Source of the DNA: Podospora anserina
Lineage: Eukaryota
Length of the DNA: 64,000 bases
Assembly: GCA_017654855.1 (NCBI GenBank)
Contig: CM030332.1
Coordinates: forward strand, 1,674,001-1,738,000
Reading direction: 5' to 3'
Position 1 is the stretch's first letter. Each line of letters opens with the position of its first letter. Both the position numbers and the translations under genes were made by a program. The notes below the pieces were generated by a model that worked only from the letters and a program-made list of their open reading frames with translations, had not been told where the DNA came from and made no database searches. This document shows, piece after piece, positions 49,087 through 61,876 of the stretch.

Positions 49087-50153
49087 GTGGTATTTGTCGA
49101 TGTGGAAGATACGGGGAAAACACGGGGAATATCCCAGGCATGTGGGTTGGATCATGTTGGTTCCAGACACGGTATATCTCAGGTTTCACAAGCATGCTTT
49201 CGATGACGACCACATCCATTTGTTGTGGGAGAGGAATGCGAAATCAAGGTGGCGAATCAGCCAAGGCCCGAATCATTGTCCCCGTGTTTCTGTTGGTATA
49301 ATGGATTTTTTGAATTATTTCAGTGTTGCAACTAAATAATTGCCATGTTGTCCCTGAACTGCACAATCAGCATCCGGCCACATGAGACAAAACACGAGCC
49401 AGAGAAATCCCAGATAGAGCGTTGGGACCCAGCAAACAGTCTAATGGCTCTCACGATGCAGACTACAGGCGTTACCAAGGAAAAACCCTCTCCAAAAAAT
49501 GGCACCGCAAAAGTAAGTAGATAATAATAATTACGCGTTTTACTGGCTTGCAATGCCGATTATTTTGGGGGGAGGGTGCCAAAAAAGGGAACCTTCCTGT
49601 GCCGGAGACAGGTCTTCACTAGGTACCTAGGTACTAGTTGTTTTTGGAGCCCACATCAGTGAGACCAACATCATTATAGTTTTGGTTAATGTGACGATAT
49701 CTACGTTCGACTGTCTTTGATTGATGTCTCTTTCATTAGATTTTGATGTTTGTATTTGAGCACCATAATCAACCGCGAATAACCACCCAACTGAACTGTT
49801 GAAAGAGTGTCTTGACGTCAAGAGGAGGCTTTTCATCAACATGATCAGATCATGAGATATCTACAATATAGAGTTGACGATCCAAAGAATACACTTGGTT
49901 TCTGAAACCTGACCCTTGGTAAGTCGTCATGTGTACCTTTGATACTAAACCGACGGCAGCTTCTAGTATATGTAATGCCCGATTCCCACTTCAAAGTCTT
50001 ACCCTTCATGACTACCAAAGCTACCGGCAAAAAGTCAGAATTGCCACACACATTCTCACGAAACTTCAACGACAAGTCAGCCTTGCCAGATATACTCAAC
50101 ATCCCACAACACTACCTCAAACTACTCACCGACAACGAGCCACCTCCACAAAC

Positions 50154-50348
50154 ATGTGCGCGAAGCATTACAAGTGCTGCAATGACCCATCGGGCTGCGC
50201 AACCGAGATGTCCGTCACTATCAACAAATGCCCCGCAGCCATAAAGCACGGCAAAGATTGTGGCCCGTGTTTAGGTCAAAAGGTGACGCAGGAGGAGGGT
50301 AACTGTGGCAAACACACTTTGCCGAGTGTCATATTGAAGAAGACTTAA
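50154..50348 (+). CDS. Small Cys-rich hypothetical protein, 64 aa
   Basis: CAAACATG context after a CA-rich leader; MCAKHYKCC...C...KCP...DCGPC...NCGKH with 8 Cys; no signal peptide. Confidence 0.55.
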   Translation: MCAKHYKCCNDPSGCATEMSVTINKCPAAIKHGKDCGPCLGQKVTQEEGNCGKHTLPSVILKKT

Positions 50349-50741
50349 TCATGAGTGGGTGCTCATGATGAATACTGTGGTCGCAGTGGTGGGACTTGGG
50401 CTATGGAAACGGTTCCTGCATGGCAGCTGAGGATCGTTTGCTTGCATTGTTTTGCCCGTGCCATGGGCATTTGTTGATGGAATTACGTATCGTTGATTTA
50501 TTGGTCATGATGTTGGTGGCCAGGTACCTACCTAGACTTGATATCAGTTGCTAGTTGGAGAAACTCAATACAGCAATAAAACCCCTGGGAGTCACCATAC
50601 AGCGTCCGTCTACCTCCTCACCTTCACCGTGCTATGCTATGTTGGAAACACCAGGATTGAATGAATAGTTTCATGGTAACGACCCTCTATCGCTTCTATT
50701 GTCAAAGAACTGTGCTGTATTTACAGTTACTGCTCTGCCAG

Positions 50742-51749
50742 CTATTCTCTGTCCTGCCTTGACATTGTCGGTAATTCCTGTGGACCAATATCATAGGTAG
50801 CGGGAAGTTCCACGTGATTATTGCCCATACCCGGCATCTCAACAGCAGCCTTGTATGCAGTTGGCATCTCCTTTGAAAACACTCCATACTGGGGCGGCAG
50901 TGGACCACCGGCTCCATGATAAGTGCTTGTTTGTTGCGTATAACCGCTCTGTTGCGGATGACCCGCTCCAAATCCAGGTAATTCTGACGCGGGGCCTCCC
51001 AATGGCGAAGATTCCGGCAACGAGGAGGCAGCCAGCGCCCTTCGACTCCTCCACCATAAGAAAAATCCAACACCAGCAAGAATGGCGAGTATCGGTATGA
51101 CCACTGCGATTGCGGCAATAGCTCCGGTACTGAGGCTTGAACCTGCTGGTTCAGCTATTGGCGCGGTGTCCGGGCTTGAAGATGTCTCCAAGGATCCCAA
51201 TTGACTTGTGGGCGAGGAATTCGTTATTGGAGGGTCTGTGTTTGAGGTTGATTGCGTGTTTAAGGGCGATATGTCGGTCGTCTGGTGTACCATGCGAACA
51301 CCAAACGCATTGATGCCTTGCGGAGATATGAATGTCTGGGTTTCGGTGGCGGTCACGCCGTTCCTAGATGTGGTGACCGTGACAACGTTGCCTGTCCATT
51401 TCGCTTTGAACGTGCAAAAATGGTCCACCCAAGGTGCGGAGAGTACAGCATTAGAAGGAACACAAGACAGAGAGATGTCGCTTCGGTATATTGGGCAGCA
51501 GGTCACCGTGGTGATCGTACTGACGCCCTTGGAATCCGAACAAGCACTCCAGTACCCGCTAGGACAAGCGATGCCGGGGGAGAAAAAGGAGGTTGACTCG
51601 GTGTCGAATCCTGGAGGAAGGCAGGTAGGGTCGTTATCCATGACCCAAATATTTCCGGGCATGTATATGCCATTGCAAGCAGGAGGTCTCGAGTACGTCG
51701 TTGTAAGCGGTTGAAAGGGGAAGGAGGTCATGGCAAGGGTTGCCATCAT
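50742..51749 (-). CDS. Single-pass membrane protein with Cys-rich N-domain, Ser/Thr stalk and Mid2/Wsc-like TM
   Basis: CLPPG..FFSPGIACPSGYWSAC..TCCP domain; LSTGAIAAIAVVIPILAILAGVGFFLWWRSRR; cytoplasmic (S/V/Q)E(L/M)P repeats. Confidence 0.75.
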   Translation of the reverse strand: MMATLAMTSFPFQPLTTTYSRPPACNGIYMPGNIWVMDNDPTCLPPGFDTESTSFFSPGIACPSGYWSACSDSKGVSTITTVTCCPIYRSDISLSCVPSNAVLSAPWVDHFCTFKAKWTGNVVTVTTSRNGVTATETQTFISPQGINAFGVRMVHQTTDISPLNTQSTSNTDPPITNSSPTSQLGSLETSSSPDTAPIAEPAGSSLSTGAIAAIAVVIPILAILAGVGFFLWWRSRRALAASSLPESSPLGGPASELPGFGAGHPQQSGYTQQTSTYHGAGGPLPPQYGVFSKEMPTAYKAAVEMPGMGNNHVELPATYDIGPQELPTMSRQDRE

Positions 51750-52693
51750 GACAGATACAGTGAGAGATGGATCCAGGTACGTAAAGGTGAGAGATGGCAG
51801 GTGCTGTCAAGAGGATATCACTGAGACCATCGTGAAAAAGCGAAGAAGGATAACAGAGAAATGGAGAAGGTGACGGCGGAATGGTGGAGGCAGTTTGAGC
51901 TACCTGATGCTTTATCCCCCCCGGTGATAACATGTCGGAAAGACTGAGCCAAATCTCTCAAGTGCGAGCAACCCGCACTGATCCGGGAGCTGAATTGGGG
52001 GCTAAACCATTTCGAGTTTCGTGTAGCAGAAGGTTATTGGAGGTTACGCATCTGTTGGTTGCATTGTGCAACATAGCCAGTTCAGGGGTAGAAGCGCGGA
52101 AGCATTGGGTGAAGAAGTCGGGAGCGGCGCAGCAGGCGCAGTCCGAGGCTGATGATCTGGTTACCGGATGTGACACGGAACCAAACATGAAACCATTCAG
52201 TAGTGGCTCTCACTGTGGGCAGTGCAGGTTAAAAAAGATATTTTGAAAGCTCTAGGCCTGGTACGGGCGCCTATGCGTAGGGACTGCATCTTGACCAGAG
52301 AACAATAAGACAAGCTTCAGCAAAAAGGTTATGAGGCTGCGAGCACGTGGGAGAGCTGCAACCTGCAAAGGCGTTTGATGAGCGTTGCGCAGGACCAAAC
52401 ACATTTCGAGCAACGATGATAAGATAAGAAATCCGATAAAAGATAAGAGTGTCAGAACTCAGCTGCTTGAGCGAGTTGCGGGGAGAAAAGCTGAAGGTGG
52501 GGCCTGCCCTCGTCAAAAACCCACAACAGGCCGGCAAGTCACGGGACCGGGTCAAATTTCGACCGTGCACCCACACTTGCACGGCAGCCCTGGGCGAAAT
52601 TGTTGCAAATTCGCGAAAACCAAAGAGAGAGGCAGCTGGCCCACGACACCACACGTCAACCACACCACATCACGACCCCATCCAGCCGTCAAA

Positions 52694-53585
52694 ATGGTGA
52701 ACGTCCCCAAGACCAGAAAGACCTTCTGCAAGAGCAAGGAGTGCGGCAAGCACCAGCTCCACAAGGTCACCCAGTACAAGGCCGGCAAGGCTTCGGCCTT
52801 CGCTCAGGGAAAGCGCCGTTACGACCGCAAGCAGAGCGGTTACGGTGGTCAGACCAAGCCCGTCTTCCACAAGAAGGCGAAGACCACCAAGAAGATCGTT
52901 CTCAGACTGGTGAGATTGCCCGATCGCTGAATCGAGGACGGAGGGATGCTAAAACGGGTGGAATAGGAATGCTCCGCGTGCAAGGCCAAGAAGCAGCTCC
53001 CTCTCAAGCGCTGCAAGCACTTCGAGCTTGGGTAAGTTTTTGTTCGCCTTTTTCCTTGACAGCATCACGAATTCGAGAGACTCCTGCGAAACCGACCGGC
53101 ATGATGAAAACCGATTGTGTGAACCACGAGCTTCCGACTACCCCGCGGCGGCGAATCTGCGACCAGGACCACTCCGAGTACGAACACGCTTCACGACACC
53201 ATCATACGGAAAGTTTGATCCAACACTCGTCACATATACAATGGGAATTCGATGTTTGGGGTACAAAACGCCGGGGGAATCATATTCAGGTTTTCGAGCT
53301 GTTGCGGTCAGCATGACACCGGACGATGGGCAGCGATGATGTTTCGAACCAATCACCTCCGAATATCGGCAACACGATCTCGACATAGACACATCACACC
53401 ACGAGAATATTTGTGATGCATGTTTCGATCCCCAAAATACTCGACGTCATACGACGTCAAGATATGGAACAGGGTTCTGCGGCAGTCTCTCGAATTTGGT
53501 GCACCAGTTGCTGGACCGAACACGTGCTGACAGATTGTGCTACAGTGGTGACAAGAAGACCAAGGGTGCTGCCCTCGTCTTCTAA
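52694..53585 (+). CDS. RPL42: 60S ribosomal protein eL42 (L44/L42); exons 52694-52909, 52967-53031, 53546-53585
   Basis: [12 protein letters not shown]...[34 protein letters not shown]...[21 protein letters not shown]; Pro in GQTKP (the cycloheximide-sensitive allele in yeasts). Confidence 0.97.
53096..53182 (+). ncRNA. Candidate intronic box C/D snoRNA in RPL42 intron 2
   Basis: ATGATGA C box 53101-53107; variant CCGA D'/D boxes 53134 and 53174; located in a 514-nt intron. Confidence 0.35.
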
Positions 53586-54835
53586 ATGCGCTCCGGCTGG
53601 AAATGTGGGTGGTGAAGATTTGAGGACATTGGCTCTGGTTTTCGGGATTTGCCTGCATGGGAATTTGCCGCGCCATGTCGTGGAGCATCACAATATGATT
53701 TCGATGTTGACATGGGAATACCGGGCATAGAGGATCATGTACATGGGCATGGGTGGTTTCGGTCGCGGGACAACAAGCAACAATACCATCCTCGGGGCGT
53801 TTCGTCTGCGCTTTTTCACGAACACTGCTTCCAGTTTCCTCACACTTCAACGACCGAACAAGCGCCCTTGGTGCAGTGACCGCAACTGTTTTGTACGCAT
53901 GTTGGGGCTGGTGGCTACGACGAATGTGAGGTTGGGCGGGAACTGGGCATCCCGTTAGCCAAGAAAACGGGCCAATGTCTTTTTGAAGCTGAATAAATTA
54001 AGTGGACGCACCAAACCTACTCCAACCATCGTTTCCCACTCCCATTCTTGCTGTGTATCCAGAGCCCCCGAACGCCGTAGAAGAACAGGTTTCCCTTCGC
54101 TGCAGTCTTGAGCGCTCAGTTCGTATGATCCATTACAGATTTAATATGAGAATTAACCACCACATTCCAGTATAGGACCAAACAAATGACCCGATTTAAG
54201 GACTCGGTTGCGCGGCATCTGATTGGAAGCATGTCGAGCGGCTAGACGCGATACAGCTTGGATTCTCACCGCACTCCCTGATGGTGATGCCGCCTGGGTG
54301 TGGTTGCACTCATGGCCAGCAACGCTCAACAGCGTTTTGGTCCTCACCAATCCCGACCTGACAAACAAGCGCAGCGAGTTGCAATAGCTCGAGGGGCCAG
54401 TCACAGGGCGGCGCCATCGGCAATGAAGCGAGCTGCTGAGAGGTTGAAACAAGCTTGGTGGACACGCAGTCGGAGAGGCTTAATCTCAGCCGCAGCTGCA
54501 CACAGTCGGGTCTGGGAGACCTCGCGGGATCCAGGTTGGGTTTGGCTCTCTCTGTGTGCCCAATATGAGGGCACCGATGCCCGGCCACAGAATGGTTCAC
54601 ATGCATGTCCGATCTGCTGCCTTTCCAATGGGCTCCGGAAGAGGGAATATTGACCTGCCTCTCCAAGACCCGAGTCAACACACAACGTTCATAAAACATG
54701 ATCCTGGAGGACCTGACTGATACAAACCTATTTATCACTCAACAAAGAACCTCAAGATAACACCATTGAGAAGACACCTGACATTACCAGGCCAGGGGAC
54801 TTCGTCTGTGCCCCGCGCCCACGCCATCAAAAACT

Positions 54836-57800
54836 ATGCAGCAACCCCTTATTACACCAAGAGACGACCGAGCCGCCTATGAGTACAGCATCCAGGCCAC
54901 GGAAGATTGCAACTATGAACCAAGGAGGACAGAGGAGCAGGTCGCGCCGACATGGCAGCCACCAGCATGGAGACCGACTGACACACCCAACTACAAGCCA
55001 AAACCACTGCGATGGCCATTCATCAGCGGTCTTATGGTCCTGCTAGTCGTGGCCATCGCCCTTATCATTTTTGCCGACAAGAGCCTGCCAAACTCAGACA
55101 CGAGTGCTCGGTTTTTGGGACTACATCCCAATGCTTCGCAACCTGTGCGGCTAGCTCGCGATGTTCTCCCGAACAACACAGCAACCATGACCCCACTCAG
55201 TGGCATGACTTCGATGTCACAGAGCACTCTGAGTTTCGAGGAAGAGGTCAGGGTCGCTGTTCAGAGCAGTTCTTCCCCAGAGATTGTGTCTCAGGTGACA
55301 CCGACGCTTCAGTCGTCTACCGAAACACAGTCTATACCTTCTTCCGGCTCAACGTCCCCGATCTTCATCGTGACAGGCGTCACAGAGACCGAAAGACTGT
55401 CTCTCTCAGCTTCAGAAACGATGGATAACAACGCGTTTAGGTTGCCAGATCCTGAAACAAGCAATCCATCAAGCGTTCCGTCAGTCACGATATCTCAAGA
55501 CACCTCAGCAACTGCCTCTGGTTTATCGTCTGTAACCGGTCCCCCTTCAGAGCCTGTCAGTTCCAGCACCAGTGCGACCAGCGTGAGCGGCATGTCGTTG
55601 ATACCGATATCTGTCTCCATATCTTATTTTACACGAAACGTTACAGTTCCTGTCACGACAATTCTCTTCACCTCAACATTCACCAGAACTCGAACGTCTT
55701 CGTTCAGCAGTGCTTCTACATTTACCACAACATTTGTGACAGATGTGACCGATGTGGCTCCAACCACGGTCATGTCATTCTGGTCATCAGATGGATCAGA
55801 AGGCGCAGTCCCTATTTCCACTGGCATGGGCACTGGCGTGAAGCCTACAACAATCGTTTCAGGGGTGACGACGACCGTTGCAGATGTTTCCACGGCGACA
55901 GATGTTGTGACGTCTGTTTTTACCAGCACGCTTACCGGAGTGGTGATTCCAAGCGTGGGCCAGGTTACGATCACTTACTTCCAGACTGTCATGCCTGTTC
56001 CAGTCACGGAGCCACCTAACCCGGTCAAGGTGACGGGGGTGGAAGTCATTGACGGGACAGTCATTGAGGTTTTTAAAACTCAGGGGCCTGTTGTGGTCGT
56101 TGTCCCCACAAACGAAGTCCAAACTAGGGTGGTTGAGCAGGAGATCAGAACTGGTGTCGTTCGGGTCGGCGGGTCTGCCGTGACCAATGTTGTGGTCATC
56201 ACACCGACCCCTGGCGTCGCCATAGGCCAAGTTACTAATGTCGATGGTGCACCCCGGACCATTCAAGCGGTTGTGGCACCAGTCGAAGTTGGACAGCCGG
56301 TAACTTACACAGTCGTTGACAACGTCGGGGGCTCGCTTGTTTCGCAAGTTGTCGTTACTACACCCGCTGGGCCGCCTTATCAACCGGTTTCATACACTGT
56401 TGTCCGCGAGCAAGGAGGATCTCTTGTGACTCAAGTCGTAGTAATCACACCAACAGGCCCTCCAGGCCAGCCGATAACCTATACCGCCATTAACATGGAA
56501 GGAGGAACCCCGGTGACCCAAGTCGTCGTCACCACACCTTCCGTTGACGGCCCTTTCGTGCCCATCACCTACCTCGTCACAACCAACATAGGCGGCACCC
56601 CAACCGTCGTCACCATAACCCCCGCCCCAACAACCTTTGTCACCACCATCGACGGCACAACCATAACCCGCGTGACAACCCCCCCAGTGACGAGCTTCAC
56701 CACAACCATAGACGGCACCCTCACCACCCTAACCCTAACCACCACCCCAACCAACACCTCCCCCATCACCCTCATCCTCGCCACGACCTCTCGCGAGACC
56801 CTAAGCACCTTCACCAGCACCATCCCCCCCACCACCTTTCTCACCACCATCTCCGGCTCCCTGAGGACAATAACCTCCACCCCCTCCCCCACCACCTCCC
56901 TCTCAACCCGCCTCCCCACAACCCTAACCTACACCTCAACCACAACCCCAACCCCCTCCTCCCCATCCGAATCCCTCGTCCCCCAAACAAGGGTAATCTT
57001 CTGGTCCGAAACCGACATCTTCCTCGGCACCTTCCTCCCCGCCCTCCTCGCCATTGCCATCGTGATTCCCCTCCGCATCATAGACCTAAACGCAAAACTC
57101 TACCAACCCTTCCAGTCCCTTACCCTCCCCACTGGCAGTCTGGGTGCTAACACCCTACTGGTCCAATACTCTGGCGTCCTGTCGTTTGTTACGCCAGTCA
57201 TCACCCTCTTGCAGGCTAAACACCCTGTCCCATTCGTGACAACGCTCATGGTCGGTTGTGGGAGTTTGATGGTCCCTTTTGCGACTGAGGCTATCGGGCT
57301 GAAGCTTCATGGGGATTGTTATCTCAACACTGCGAGTAAGAACTGCGGTCCGGCGCTGGGGGTGAACAGGACGGCGGGGTATGTTCTTGTTGGCCTGATG
57401 GTTGTCGTGGTTGTTTTGCTAGGGGTGGTGATGTGGTTCACGAACTGGGGACGGAAAGGGGTCACGGGGGTGAGGGCGAATCCGTGGAATTTGGCTGGGA
57501 TGGGGTCGCTCCTGGGGGGGGTGAGGAGTGATTTGGGACGCGGGCATGGCAAAAAGATGAGGTATAAACGGTATGGAATGGGGTGGTATCGGAATCAGGA
57601 TGGGAGGGAGGATTACGGAATGATAGTGTTGGATGAGGCTGGTCAGGGGTTGCAGCAGCAGCAATATCCTACCTCTGAGAGTGAGAGTGACGACATGGAT
57701 GGGAGTGATGCGGTAGCTGATTTGAAAACGGGGGTGTCGGGGAGTCATTTACCTTTTATGACGTTAAGGATACCGTGGAGGGTCGGGCTGATTCTATTTC

Positions 57801-58799
57801 AACTTGCCGTCTTCATTTTCATCATCTATTACCATGCCTACTACCGCGGCGGGATCAAGGACAATGGCAAGCTCTGGACGTTTATGAACGCCAACACCTT
57901 TGGGGTGAGGTTCTTGTCGGCGATTATTGGGGTGATAGTAGCGTTTTGTTGGCAGTCCTTCTTTCTGAGTAAGTCCCCCTTTCTCATCTCCATCCAAAAG
58001 AGAATCGTGTTCACTAACAATCAAATCAAAAGGCGTGAGCACCATGACCCCCTTCCAACTAATGGCTCTCTCAACCCAACCGGCCTCGCGCTCCATCCTC
58101 TTCTCGCCGAACACGAACCCCTTTTCGGGGCTCTACTCCGCCATCAGAAACAGACACATGTTCCTGCTCGCGGTCTCAATAGCTGCGATCATGTCAGAGT
58201 TCTTGCCGGTGCTGCTCTCCAACGTCCCCTTCAGCCTCTACCAAACCTCCGCCGCGGCGACCGCCTGCGCGGTTCTTTCATGTCTCTTCTTGGCAGTGAT
58301 GCTCGCCGTGCTCGGCTGGTCGTTCTGGATCCAATACCCCCCGATGCCCGCTGACCCGAGGTCCATCGCGGGGATGATGTACTACCTCTCCCAGTCACCC
58401 ACCCTGCTGGCAGATTTGGAGGGGATATCCTCCATGGACGGGGCCGCAAGGCGCAAACGAATAGAAGAGAACGGTGGGAGATACTACTACGGGGTGCTGC
58501 CTGTTTCTGTGGGGAATGGGTTATGGGAGTCTCAGGACAGGAGAAGGCTAGGGGTGGAGGTGGAGACGGGAGGAGGTAGTGGTAGTAGTGGGTACGAGCC
58601 TGAGGACGGAACAACCCCGGCTTTTGCTGCGATGGACGGGCCAGCTATGACGGAAACGGCTCGCCGAGGCGAATACCATGCCGTTGATGGCAGTGGTGAT
58701 GGTGGCAGTGGTGAGTTGAGGCATGATCGGAGCTTCATGAGTCAGAACACGGCGTATCAGGGACATCGGATTGATGAACAGCCTGCGATGTATGGTTGA
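54836..58799 (+). CDS. Multi-pass membrane protein with DUF3433-like domains and a large Thr/Val/Ser-rich repeat ectodomain; intron 57969-58032
   Basis: N-terminal TM after PNYKPKPLRWPF; FLPALLAI...IDLNAKLYQPFQSL and second repeat MTPFQLMA...EFLPVLLSNVPF; PADPRSIAGMMYYL. Confidence 0.8.
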
Positions 58800-59803
58800 G
58801 TTTGCCCCGAACTTGACCGACAGTTCGTTATTGAGGAAGGAATGCCGGGAATCCTTTTACCAACAACATCCCACACGCACGTGAACACTCGGGATACGGA
58901 TATCGAGGCTCGGATCAGTGTACTCGGACTAGAATCAGCTGAGTGAGAGCCTGGCCAAAAAAAAATGCTGGCTTGCTGTTGCTGCTGCTGCTGTTTGTTC
59001 GGCCGAACACAACAAAAAAAACCGACATGGGGGACATCTTCTACACAACAGGCAGGTACAACTCTAGTCACTCCGCATCATTTTGTTGGTACGAGATTTC
59101 TTTTTCGACTGATGAGTGAGGTCAGCACCGTTTCTCTTGGCCCCGTTTTGTGGTCTTTTTTGTCATCAGCGCAGGGTTGCGTTGCATGCGGCTCAGTTGC
59201 GTTAAGATGACGCCAATACGGAGTCCCAAACCAGGGGAAATCGATAGCGCGCGAGGCTTGGGGAAGTTCTCGAAGGCAAATAGCTTACAGATGTTCCCAA
59301 TACTACTAGTAGCGAGGCAATTGCCTAGGAACAAGTTCCTTGCATCTCGTTTTCAGTCTGAAAAGGCTTTTATAGATGTGAATGGCATGGTGGCATGGTG
59401 GTTGTAGAGAATAAGATGTGAGGTCACTCGGCAACAGCTCCCCAAAACTTTGGATCGGACAGAAGCGAGCGAGAGCGGAACCGGGCGCAGGGTGAGGTGG
59501 CGGTGGAAGTGGAATCATATTGCTGGGTAGTGGACCCTTTTCTCACGGGGTTCTCACGAGGGCTTGGTAGGGCAGAGCGACCTGGACATATTTGCAGGCT
59601 AAGACCGAGGCTGCTAAAAGACTATCAGCGATAAATCTCGAACGTTTTCAAGATGTCCAATCTGCTTCAATTGCTTCTCAACCAGCTTCTCAATCTCAGC
59701 ACTATCCTTTTAGCTCTCGTGACAGTGTCTTGTCTTGATGAATCCTATTTTTGTCGTCCACAGCGTCGGGATTTTTTTCTGGACGGTTTCTGGTTTCCGG
59801 GTA

Positions 59804-59829
59804 AACTTGGCAACTTGGCAACTTGGCAA
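59804..59829 (+). repeat. (AACTTGGC)3 short tandem repeat
   Basis: aacttggcaacttggcaacttggcaa. Confidence 0.75.
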
Positions 59830-61876
59830 GCTTCGCGGGACGAGGATGATCGACCAGCAGGCGCGACCCTGGGAGTTGGACCTGTTGTCGTGATATTGAA
59901 CTCTTGGCAAGCTATCTTCCAAGCAGGCAGCGCAAACACATGGCCCGACATGGTTCTGATGTGGGGGTTTGAGGACGTTAGGCATCTTGGGGTCATCTCG
60001 ATACGAGAAGGACAAGCAAATAAACCCCTCTTTAGCAGGTGCGGGTTTGAGAATAAAGTCCAGGGAACCCATGGTGGGTTTATAGCGCACACACATAGTG
60101 TCCGTGTACCACGGGAATTGTTCTTCAAACAGCAAAGGCCAAAAAGGGGAAATAAAGTTTGACATGTCTTGATCTTGTGCGATGTTACATGCTTCACGCT
60201 GCCAGGCTGGCCGACTGACTTCAATATCTCGTATGTGAGAAAAAAAGAAAGAGAAGAAAAGAAGAAGGGTCCAAGGGAAAGCAAGATTGTCAGCGGAGCT
60301 GATCTGCAGGATGCACGCCATGCAGTAAAATATTGACAGTGTGCAGCATCTTCTTCACCTTGTGCCCGGGCGAGGGACAAATCAGGAGCAAAGTTCTGTC
60401 TCATTGAGACACACGAGGTTGGGTTTGACGGTACGTGAGCCTCGAGATGGATAACACAACATCCAATTTTGCCATGTTTTCCATCAGTTTAGTCTACTGT
60501 GGCTACCTGTGGCGCCCCCTCCACAACTTCAATCGCTAACACGCGGGGTTGGGTGTGTGACGTAGGGCCGGTTTTTCGGGTGTGATGGGATGGAAGGAAA
60601 ATTAGAAGGAAGGGAGAAGAGACAGACACAGGGAACGCCGTGCCAGCCACGCCCTTTTGGCTTTTTCTAGACATTGCTCCGAATCATATCCCGCACCCGA
60701 TGCCGTCCCGGTCGAAAAGCAGCCGCATTTTTCTTCTTTTGTTTGTGAACAATTTACCGTCCTTGCAGCCAGGGCGGCATTGCATCGCATCACATCCAGC
60801 CATGGGAAAACGGTTCCCATCTCGCATTTATCACTGAGGCCAGGCCGAAGGATACGAACATGACAACAGTTACGTTCAATACGAACTTCCACCGCTACTA
60901 CCAAGCTGACCTGCTGCTTGCTCATTGGACAAAATTTACGAACAGGCAGTTGGTGGTGAGTAATATCAGAGGATACTAACGGTCATGATATGCACCTCTT
61001 CGGCGACTATGCCGCATGTTGCCCCGGCCGTTGGTTTTCAACTGTAAGATCTAGCTCCGAGTCGGGTATAACTGGAGACAATGAGGTGCCGCAACCGCCC
61101 TTCCAACCGTTGCACTCACGTCAGAACCTTGGAAGTCCGTAAGGCAGAACACTGCGAAAAGAGCAGCATTGATCTTTTGATATTCGGGGAAATGGCATGC
61201 GGCGTCCGCCCGGGCCAACGGTATCGGCCACGTCCGGTGCTTGTCTCCAGAAATAATTGTTCACGTGTAGTCCTCACCGAGTATTTGTGCGACCAGAGGA
61301 GATCACGTCGAGCACTGAGGTGTGGTTCCTGTGCGTTTGCCGAGGGAGCCGCAAGTGTTGGCTCTAGTAGGGATCCCAACTGTCGATGTCTTGGTGTTTC
61401 TCTCCGTTTTTAGACCTTGTGGTCTTGGCTTGTTTCTGCACTAGCGCCGTCCATGTGCTCCGTCTTGGAATACTCCGTTTATGTGGAACAAGTGGACTGA
61501 CCCCTTGGAGTGACCCTCTCTTGATCCTTACTGTGCTGGGGAAGAAAAAAAAGGCGAGAAGCACCATGAGTTGGCACTGGACTGAGTGGACCGTTTTCGT
61601 GACTGTCCTCAGACCCCATCGGTGACCGTCCGGATCTTGGGGTATCCCCATGCGCCGCCATCCTATTCCCGTTACTCATTTCATGGAGTCTCAAGCGGGA
61701 TCAGGGGTGTTGTCTTGAAGATATAAGAAAGATGGCGGCCCTTACCTCGTCCTACCCCAATCCACCTTCATCATCAGCCCTTGCCTCTCCCCGTCTGCTT
61801 GGAAGGTCTTGAGACAGTATATACTGTTGTTGTTGTCACTATCCATTCTTCACGACTTCACGAGACCATCGACAAT

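Noticed and set aside
53421..53434. TTCGATCCCC resembling a tRNA T-loop
   Set aside because: No cloverleaf, acceptor stem or A box around it; no tRNA or 5S gene found in the window
59653..60404. Three overlapping ORFs of 169-219 aa
   Set aside because: No motifs and they cross simple repeats and A-runs; treated as intergenic
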